A stretch of 64,000 nt of DNA from positions 96,001 to 160,000 of the forward strand of contig CAVPQB010000004.1 in assembly GCA_963707505.1 (NCBI GenBank), given 5' to 3'. Below the pieces are notes generated by a model. It made no database searches, was not told where the DNA came from, and saw nothing but the letters and a program-made list of their open reading frames with translations. Of this stretch, positions 56,824 through 64,000 are shown piece by piece (the first letter of the stretch is position 1; each line of letters opens with the position of its first letter). The DNA is from an uncultured Gemmatimonadales bacterium (GTDB lineage Bacteria; Gemmatimonadota; Gemmatimonadetes; Gemmatimonadales; Gemmatimonadaceae). Position numbers and translations under genes: made by a program.

Positions 56824-59508
56824 CTACTCTTGCGAACTTCTGCGCACACTCGTGACGTAGCGGTCATACACAGCGGCGCTGTCTCGCATCCCCGCCTGCC
56901 GGAACGCCATGGCCATGAGCATGTCCAGCTCGCTGCGCGGCTCATAGCGACCCATCGCGTCTAACGGTCCCTGGTATCCCTGGCGCAGCGTGGCGATCGC
57001 ATCACGCGACTTGTTCTGTGCCATCTGTGCGCGGGCCTGCCACGCGACTGTCTCGGTCCAACCAGCGACGCCCCATCGGGCGGCCTGAAATTCGCCCTCG
57101 GCTTCCGCGTACCGCTTTCCCTGCATGGCGATGAGGCCGAGCACGTGATGATACAGGTGCCTGTCGCGATCCAGATAGCTCAGTGCGCCAGTGATGCGTA
57201 TCGAGTCGGCGATTGCGTGCAGGCGCACGGTATCACCCGACCCGGCGATGGCATTTGCTTCCAGCGCGCGCGTCCAGCTGAAGGCGCGAGCGGCATCGCC
57301 ACGCGGACGTTGCGGCGTGGATCCGATCGGTGGCGCAAGTCGCGGTGCGATGCGCGTATCGAACAATCGCGCTGCGGCCGCGTACTCGCCCAGTCTTCCG
57401 AGCGCGTCCATCTCCTCGAGCAGAAACGCATCGTCATTCGGCTGTGTGACAAGGTGCGCTTCGATGAGTCTGTTGGACTTGCCCCATTCACCACGCTCGC
57501 GTAGCGCCAGCATCCTGACGTCGCTGATACTGTTCCGGATCTCCTTGCTGGTGGACTGAATTTGCGACAGGACCGAATCCGCCGCTGCGATTCTGCGCTC
57601 GGCGATGAGCGCGCGTGCTGTGCGGATCTCGTATGACGGATCGTTGCCGCTAAGCATCACGGCCCGACGGTTGGCGCCGAGACCGGCGTCATAACGACCG
57701 GCGTAATGGAGGACGTCTCCCATGGTGGCCCAGGCCACCGGCAGGTCTGGCTGCAGCTGCACCCAGCGCCGCGCGGTACGCTCGGCGGCGGCGAGATTCC
57801 CACGCAACAGCTCGATCTGGATGAGCGTGCCGTACGCATCGCACAGTACGCATGGTCCGTCTCCAGCTTCGTTGGCAAGCGAGTCGAGTGCGAGCTCCTG
57901 TTGCGCCGTTGATTGCGCCCGCGACCAGTCTCCCTGATTGGTGTAGATCGATGTGAGCACCGCATACGCCCGCGGATCGTGCGGATAGCGCGCTACAAGA
58001 TCCACTGCCAACTCGGTCGCACGACTGTTCTCTCCATTGTGAATTGCTGAGTCGATCGCGTCACCCATGATGTTCCACGGAGTGAGACGTGCACGTGTCA
58101 TTGCGCGGTTCAGGCGGCCAAGCGTCGCGGTGTCGCCATCGGCGGCCGCGATGCGCAACCTTGCGGACAGCGCAGTTGCGAAACCCGAATCGATCGCGAT
58201 CGACGCATCCAGCTCTCGTCTGCTATCCGCGAAGCGTCCTTCGCTCTCCGCGTGAAGTGAGCGGACGAAGTGTTGATATGCAGCGACGTCGTTGGTCTCC
58301 ACATCCGCGAAACGCGGCTTGTTTCCGTTGATCCCCGCGAGATCGAGCAGTCGTCCAGCAGCCCAGCCGGCGACAGTCATGGGATCTCTTCCGGTCACGG
58401 TGAAGTGGCTGTCCGAGCGGCCGCTCGCAACGTCGTGTGTAGTGATATCCAGCACGTACGTCCCATTACCGTGCGTGAATTCCCCACGCACGATCGTCGA
58501 CGCTCCGAGCCGTCGTCCCAGATCCAGCGCCTGTGCCGTGCTCAGTCCTCCGCGAAGAGGGAACCGTGCGCGTGCACGCGTGGTGCGCACGCGCGCGGGG
58601 CCGACCATCTCGACCGCGGAGGTGCTCGACAGGTCGGCGGTGATCATCTGCGGCAGGCCATCCTCGAGCCATTCGGACGCCGTGTCGCCCTGCACGTTTA
58701 CGATGTCCGTAACCGCGATCAGTGGTCGCGTGACGACGACAGGATTGTATCGCAGCAAGGCGTACGCCGCGATCGTTACGATCGTCGCGAGACACGCGAC
58801 CGCTATAAGGACGCGTCTGGTGCGAGGAAAGCGCTGCGGATTGTCGTCTCTTTGCGCTTGCGCGCCGGCAGTGGGAAACCGCAGGCTCCGTTGCTCCCGC
58901 GTTGGTGGTAGCTGCGCGACTGCGCTGACGGCGGCGTCTCGAGCTGTGCCGCGCGTATTGGTGATCGCTCCTATTGGCGCAACCTTTGGGGTATCTTTCG
59001 CGCGAAACACAGCGCGCTCGATGGCCGCGCGCTGCGTTTCGACCCAACTGTCGAAGCGCGCCGATCCGGTGACGGAAACCCCGTCCAGGAAGCGTCCCTC
59101 GTACAGCTCCATGACGCGTACGTGATCGTTGGCCCGCGCGGCGGAAAGAAGCGCTACCGCATCGACTTCGACGGCTTCCGGCGCGAGCGTGACATCCGCG
59201 CGGTGCGTTGCGATGGAGTCCGCGCCAATCACGCTGCGTAGAAACGAAAGCGAGTTGCTCAGCGAATGCCGTCGTGACCGCTCATCCTTGTCGTCGGCCC
59301 AGAACATCGCCATCAGCTCTTCTCGGCTCACGGCGCCGGGAGTGAGGGCGAGCACCGCCAGGAGGGCCAGCTTACGCTTGTGTCCAAGCAGGGGCAACTC
59401 TTCGCCGGAAGGCTGGAAGAGAGCAAGGCGTCCGAGTGTAACCAGCCGCACAGTGGCGCCGTGCGGAAGTGCGGCCTGGGTCGGGGTGCTATTCTGCTCC
59501 ACGTCCAT
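56824..59508 (-). CDS. Transmembrane SARP-type regulator: wHTH, partial BTAD, TM helix, TolB-N-like domain, TPRs
   Basis: RLVTLGRL...KLALLAVLAL...SREELMAMFW...LYEGRFLDG...FDSWVETQR; TM VLIAVACLATIVTIAAYALL; IAVTDIVN...EWLEDGLPQMITADL; TPR helices. Confidence 0.8.
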   Translation of the reverse strand: MDVEQNSTPTQAALPHGATVRLVTLGRLALFQPSGEELPLLGHKRKLALLAVLALTPGAVSREELMAMFWADDKDERSRRHSLSNSLSFLRSVIGADSIATHRADVTLAPEAVEVDAVALLSAARANDHVRVMELYEGRFLDGVSVTGSARFDSWVETQRAAIERAVFRAKDTPKVAPIGAITNTRGTARDAAVSAVAQLPPTREQRSLRFPTAGAQAQRDDNPQRFPRTRRVLIAVACLATIVTIAAYALLRYNPVVVTRPLIAVTDIVNVQGDTASEWLEDGLPQMITADLSSTSAVEMVGPARVRTTRARARFPLRGGLSTAQALDLGRRLGASTIVRGEFTHGNGTYVLDITTHDVASGRSDSHFTVTGRDPMTVAGWAAGRLLDLAGINGNKPRFADVETNDVAAYQHFVRSLHAESEGRFADSRRELDASIAIDSGFATALSARLRIAAADGDTATLGRLNRAMTRARLTPWNIMGDAIDSAIHNGENSRATELAVDLVARYPHDPRAYAVLTSIYTNQGDWSRAQSTAQQELALDSLANEAGDGPCVLCDAYGTLIQIELLRGNLAAAERTARRWVQLQPDLPVAWATMGDVLHYAGRYDAGLGANRRAVMLSGNDPSYEIRTARALIAERRIAAADSVLSQIQSTSKEIRNSISDVRMLALRERGEWGKSNRLIEAHLVTQPNDDAFLLEEMDALGRLGEYAAAARLFDTRIAPRLAPPIGSTPQRPRGDAARAFSWTRALEANAIAGSGDTVRLHAIADSIRITGALSYLDRDRHLYHHVLGLIAMQGKRYAEAEGEFQAARWGVAGWTETVAWQARAQMAQNKSRDAIATLRQGYQGPLDAMGRYEPRSELDMLMAMAFRQAGMRDSAAVYDRYVTSVRRSSQE

Positions 59509-59678
59509 GCGTCAGAGCTTCCTATTGATGTCCCCATGACTTCCGGCTACATCTGACTCAAGGTGCGTGGCCCTAAAGTAGCGCCGTGCACCAGATCACG
59601 CACGCGTGGCTGTCGCGCGGCTTACGGGTCGGGAAACTGTTGTTTACAAGGATCGGCCACACGCGTTGGCCAGGCTCA

Positions 59679-61184
59679 TCACTCCGCTACGTAGTCCATG
59701 GCGACGGTCTGGTCCGCGCCGCCCGCCACGCCCAGCGCGTTGAACACCACGCTTAGCACGATTGTAACGATGACGTTCGCGATGAACGCGTAGAACGCCG
59801 TGTAGCCAGGCACCAGCGATCCGCCGACGTGTAGCGGGAAGATCGCCGTGAAGTGTTGCGACGCGGCCATCATCGTCCCGCTCACCATGCCGACGGCCCA
59901 TCCGATGAGTAGAGCCCAGCGGTGGAACCAGCGTGTATACAGTCCAAACACGATTGCGGGAAAGGTTTGCAATATCCAGACGCCGCCGAGCAGCTGAAAG
60001 TTGATCGCCTCCTGTCTCGCGTTCTCCAGCAGCAGAATGAACGCAAGCGCGCCGAATTTGACGACCAGCGACGCGAGCTTTGCCATGCGCGCTTCCTGGC
60101 GCGGCGTTGCGTCAGGCCGGAAGTACTCGCGATAGATGTTGCGCGTGAACAGGTTCGCTGTGGCGATGGACATGATCGCTGCCGGAACGAGTGCGCCGAT
60201 CGCGATTGCCGAAAATGCAACACCGACGAACCACGGCGGGAACATCATGTTGAACAGCGCCGGCACTGCGTACTGTGCGCCGTAGATTGCATCGGGCTTG
60301 ATGCCCGCTGCGAGCGCCATGAAGCCGAGCAGGGCGATGAGTCCGAGAAGGAAACTGTAGATGGGAAGAAACGCAGCGTTGCGCTTGATCACCTTGCGGC
60401 TGTCGCTGCTGAGCACTCCTGTGATTGAATGCGGATACAGAAACAGCGCGAGCGCGGATCCGAAGGCGAGCGTGGCGTACGAGCCGTACTGCGACGGAGA
60501 CAGGATCAGCTTCTGTCTCGGTACCGCTGCGAATATGTGCCCGTATCCGCCAAGCCTGGCGGGAATCATGATCACGGCCGCGATCACCACGATGAAGATG
60601 AGCGCATCCTTGACGAGTGCGATCATCGCCGGCGCGCGCAGCCCGCTCGAGTATGTGTACGCCGCCAGAATCACGAACGCGATGATGAGCGGCAGATCCC
60701 CCATGAATCCGGCTCCGCCGATTCCGACGGCGCCGAGCACGACCTGAATACCAACCAGCTGCAGCGCGATGTACGGCATGGTGGCGAGGATGCCCGACGT
60801 AGCTACTGCGAGCGCGAGCGTACTGCTGTCATACCGGCCACGAACGAAATCCGCCGGTGTCACGTAGCCGTGCGTGCGACACACCGACCACAGTCGGGGC
60901 ATCACGAGAAAGACGAGCGGATATACGATGACGGTGTACGGTACCGCGAAGAACCCGATCGCACCAGCGCTGAATACGAGCGCAGGAACCGCGATGAATG
61001 TGTACGCCGTGTACAGATCGCCGCCGAGCAGGAACCATGTTACGACGGTTCCAAACCGTCCGCCTGCGAGCCCCCACTCGTGCAGGAGATCCATGTCTCC
61101 GCTGCGCCAGCGTGCGGAGAAGAAGCCAAGTCCCGTAACCAGCACGAACAGCGCAATCATCACCGCCAGTGCAGGTACGTTCAC
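59679..61184 (-). CDS. mctP: Sodium:solute symporter, MctP-like monocarboxylate permease
   Basis: EWGLAGGRFG...WFLLGGDLYTAYTFIAVP, MPYIALQLVG, ALFLYPH, QLLGGVWILQTFP. Confidence 0.85.
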   Translation of the reverse strand: MNVPALAVMIALFVLVTGLGFFSARWRSGDMDLLHEWGLAGGRFGTVVTWFLLGGDLYTAYTFIAVPALVFSAGAIGFFAVPYTVIVYPLVFLVMPRLWSVCRTHGYVTPADFVRGRYDSSTLALAVATSGILATMPYIALQLVGIQVVLGAVGIGGAGFMGDLPLIIAFVILAAYTYSSGLRAPAMIALVKDALIFIVVIAAVIMIPARLGGYGHIFAAVPRQKLILSPSQYGSYATLAFGSALALFLYPHSITGVLSSDSRKVIKRNAAFLPIYSFLLGLIALLGFMALAAGIKPDAIYGAQYAVPALFNMMFPPWFVGVAFSAIAIGALVPAAIMSIATANLFTRNIYREYFRPDATPRQEARMAKLASLVVKFGALAFILLLENARQEAINFQLLGGVWILQTFPAIVFGLYTRWFHRWALLIGWAVGMVSGTMMAASQHFTAIFPLHVGGSLVPGYTAFYAFIANVIVTIVLSVVFNALGVAGGADQTVAMDYVAE

Positions 61185-61236
61185 GCGTACGCTCGTTGAT
61201 CACACGACGTTGGCTGAAACCCGGTCGGCAAATTCT

Positions 61237-61491
61237 TCATCGCCCACCGCCGTTGTTGCGTGACATATCGGTGCGATCTTCAGCCAGATAGACGACGATG
61301 GTGATTGCTGCGCCGATTCCTATCCAGAGAAACTGATACCAGTAGAAGAACGGGATTCCCCATAACTCTGGCTTGACGGACGCGTACGTCGAGACCCAGA
61401 GAGTGCCGACGTAGGGGATGATGAGCAGCAGCGGCATCGCGCGTCGCCAACCGCGCGCCCGGCTCTTGCCTGGGCGTTCTCTGTCATTCAT
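61237..61491 (-). CDS. DUF3311 small membrane protein (symporter accessory)
   Basis: LLLIIPYVGTLWV..YA..KPELWGIPFFYWYQFLW; directly upstream of the symporter. Confidence 0.85.
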   Translation of the reverse strand: MNDRERPGKSRARGWRRAMPLLLIIPYVGTLWVSTYASVKPELWGIPFFYWYQFLWIGIGAAITIVVYLAEDRTDMSRNNGGGR

Positions 61492-61565
61492 GTCGGCCTC
61501 CGTTTCGGTGGGAACAGCGGTAAACATAGGCCGTCGCGGCGGAGCGGCAAGCGCGCCGGCTGCGT

Positions 61566-62558
61566 TTAACGCCGCGCGATCACGTCCGCGAGAATCTCGT
61601 ACGAGTGCACTCTTGCTGCGTGATCGTAAATCATCGACGCGACGATGATCTCCTCGACACCGGTCATCTCGGTGAACTCCGCCAGTCCACGTGCGACCGT
61701 GTTGCGCGATCCCACAAAGGACATCGCCAGCCGGGCCGACGCCTGCGCCCTCTCCATCGGACTCCAGTAGCTCTCGATGTCGTCTATCGGAGGCGGCAAC
61801 CGACCGGGCGTACCACGCAACAGATTGGTGAACTGCTGCTGCGCCGACGTGAAGATTCTGCGCGCTTCAGCGTCGGTATCCGCGGCGAAGACGTTGATAC
61901 CTGCCATCGCATATGGCCGCTCGAGTTGATCCGACGGTTTGAATGCTGTGCGATACACGTCGAGCGCGTCCATCAAGGCGTCGGGCATGAAATGCGACGC
62001 GAACGCATATGGAAGGCCGAGCTCCGCGGCGAGCTGCGCACCGAACAGACTCGATCCCAGAATCCAGAGCGGTACGTCGAGGCCAGCGCCCGGCACGGCC
62101 TGGATGCGTTGTCCCTGCTGCACGGGCGAGAGGAATGCCCGCAGTTCCAGCACATCCTGCGGAAAGCTGTCGGCGCTCGCCGGATCGCGTCGCAGCGCGC
62201 GCATCGTCCGCTGGTCCGCGCCGGGCGCGCGGCCAAGTCCGAGGTCGATCCGCCCTGGATAGAGCGATTCCAGCGTGCCGAAGGCCTCTGCGACCATGAG
62301 TGGCGCGTGGTTCGGAAGCATGATACCGCCAGCGCCGACGCGAATCGTGCGCGTCCCACCGGCGACGTATCCAATCACGACCGCAGTTGCCGCGCTCGCG
62401 ATACCTGTCATGTTATGGTGCTCGGCGAGCCAGAACCGGTGATAACCCAGTCGCTCTGCGTGCTGCGCCAGATCGAGCGTGTTTCTCAGCGCATCGACCG
62501 GAGTCGAGCCCGCGGGTACGGGGGCGAGATCGAGGACGGAAAAGAGGGTCGGCCTCAT
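61566..62558 (-). CDS. LLM class (luciferase-like) flavin-dependent oxidoreductase
   Basis: [54 protein letters not shown]. Confidence 0.93.
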   Translation of the reverse strand: MRPTLFSVLDLAPVPAGSTPVDALRNTLDLAQHAERLGYHRFWLAEHHNMTGIASAATAVVIGYVAGGTRTIRVGAGGIMLPNHAPLMVAEAFGTLESLYPGRIDLGLGRAPGADQRTMRALRRDPASADSFPQDVLELRAFLSPVQQGQRIQAVPGAGLDVPLWILGSSLFGAQLAAELGLPYAFASHFMPDALMDALDVYRTAFKPSDQLERPYAMAGINVFAADTDAEARRIFTSAQQQFTNLLRGTPGRLPPPIDDIESYWSPMERAQASARLAMSFVGSRNTVARGLAEFTEMTGVEEIIVASMIYDHAARVHSYEILADVIARR

Positions 62559-62607
62559 CTGTTACAGCCTAGCGGGAAGGCGCCGGTAACGCGAGGTCTC
62601 CTCAAGC

Positions 62608-63948
62608 TCACGGGCGCACGCCCGACAACCGATATGCCGTTATCGCATTATCGCGCAGAACCATTCGCGCCAGTGTCTCCGCGCGATTTCTGCTTATCTC
62701 ACCGTCGCGCATCATTCCTGTGAGTGCGATCCCCAGCGCGCGACGCGTGGTCATGCTGCCAACCCAGGCAACCTGCTCCCATCCCTGCTCGGTGCCGCCG
62801 TCGAAAGCGTCACTCCCGTAAAGCACCTTGTCCGGGAACTCGCCCAGCCACTGCCGCAGCACTCGCGCGAGTTCGGTCGGCGATAGAATGAGATCCATCG
62901 CCGAGATATCCGTATAGACGTTTGGCTTGGCAAGAAGTGCTTGCGTCTCATTCACCAATGGCCATCCGCCGTGGATCACGACGAAGTTGGTGCCGCGTAG
63001 CGTCGCATCATTGAATGCGGGCTCGAGCAGATGCGGTGCGGCGCCCGCCGACTTGTAGTAGCTCCCGAACGTCTCGAGCGAGTGGATCTGTACCGACATG
63101 CCGAGTCGTCCTGCCTCGTGTGCGATCACACGGAAGAGGTAATCCTCCAATGTCTTGTATTCGGCGTGCGCTGGTACACCTCCGGCGGAGTAGCGTCCGT
63201 ACACACGTGCTGCCAGCGCTGAGTCGGGGTCGGCGAAGTCGAGCGGACGCAGATATGCGGCTTCGAATTTGACCGCTATCGCACCGGCTGCTCGTTGTCT
63301 CTCAAGTGTTGGGACGACGACGCGCCGAACGTACTCCGCGAGTGTGCTCGGTGTGCGCGTTATGCCGAGATCGCGAAAGTATCGTCGCAGCAGTCTGGTC
63401 TCCCGCGGGTAAAGCACGCGTGTATCGGGCGTGGTTCCCTCTGCGCGTGTATCGAGTGGAAGCATGAGCGCATCGACGAATGCAATCCACCGAAAGCGTG
63501 GCGTATCGAGACCCGGCCCCATGGCGACGCGATTCGCGAACATCACGTCGACTCCGGCCTGGTCGAGCGCCCATTCCGGGAAGCGCAGGCTGCGCTTCGT
63601 AATGTTGCTCGTCACCGCCGCGTCGAGTGCGAGCTTGCGAGCACTGTCCGGCATCGCGAGGGAAATGCCGTATAGGGCAAACTGAGCATGTTGCCAGATC
63701 GGATCTTCCTGAGTGAGGCGATGCGGGAATCCGAACGGCGGAATCCCATCCAGGGGAAGCGCGTCGTACTCGCTGTCCGCCGGCGCACCGCTGGCTACAG
63801 GTCGCATGGGATGGGCGTGCGTGTCGATCGCGCGAATCGAGGCGATGTATGCACCGAGCGCGGAATCGACGGCGGCCTGCGCCATGACTGGGTTTGGCGC
63901 GAGCAACGCAAGAGACAATGGAAGCGACAGCGCGAGCGACAATCTCAT
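62608..63948 (-). CDS. Amidohydrolase family protein with signal peptide
   Basis: IDTHAH (HxH), AVKF, QIH, VIHGGWP, LYGSDA; N-terminus MRLSLALSLPLSLALLAPNPVMA-Q. Confidence 0.85.
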   Translation of the reverse strand: MRLSLALSLPLSLALLAPNPVMAQAAVDSALGAYIASIRAIDTHAHPMRPVASGAPADSEYDALPLDGIPPFGFPHRLTQEDPIWQHAQFALYGISLAMPDSARKLALDAAVTSNITKRSLRFPEWALDQAGVDVMFANRVAMGPGLDTPRFRWIAFVDALMLPLDTRAEGTTPDTRVLYPRETRLLRRYFRDLGITRTPSTLAEYVRRVVVPTLERQRAAGAIAVKFEAAYLRPLDFADPDSALAARVYGRYSAGGVPAHAEYKTLEDYLFRVIAHEAGRLGMSVQIHSLETFGSYYKSAGAAPHLLEPAFNDATLRGTNFVVIHGGWPLVNETQALLAKPNVYTDISAMDLILSPTELARVLRQWLGEFPDKVLYGSDAFDGGTEQGWEQVAWVGSMTTRRALGIALTGMMRDGEISRNRAETLARMVLRDNAITAYRLSGVRP

Positions 63949-64000
63949 GAGCGACCCGGTCAGGAGGGAGAAACGGGGCGAGCGAAGCAAATAACCGCTT

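Overview
High-GC bacterial chromosomal window with about 52 protein-coding genes. No tRNA, rRNA, CRISPR array, transposase or phage gene could be recognised. The gene content (BIG2 Ig-repeat lipoproteins, RCC1 propeller, many secreted peptidases, kinase-linked ECF sigma factor, SARP-TPR regulator) suggests a Gemmatimonadota-like organism; this is inference. In order: (1) tail of an alternative complex III-like respiratory operon; (2) a five-gene minus-strand cluster of membrane-anchored FHA protein, Ser/Thr kinase with a 7-bladed extracytoplasmic RCC1 propeller, 9-domain Ig lipoprotein, TPR protein and 5-domain Ig lipoprotein, with two matching sigma54-like promoter motifs; (3) S9 and M28 peptidases and a MarR-DoxX pair with visible operators; (4) an ECF sigma factor and a cytosolic kinase-STAND-TPR protein, with two putative target genes sharing a promoter motif; (5) tandem aldo-keto reductases and a TetR-regulated TolC/HlyD/ABC exporter; (6) stress and metabolic genes (cardiolipin synthase, PQQ dehydrogenase, Dps, Na+/H+ antiporter); (7) an Ada-AlkA gene divergent from a DinB/ClbS-like gene, sharing an 18-bp box; (8) M16 and tandem-M42 peptidases, a non-canonical NRAMP with two PRC-barrel-like genes, a transmembrane SARP-TPR regulator and an MctP-type symporter. 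Three genes carry apparent indels that may be assembly errors. All family calls come from motif recognition by eye, not database searches.
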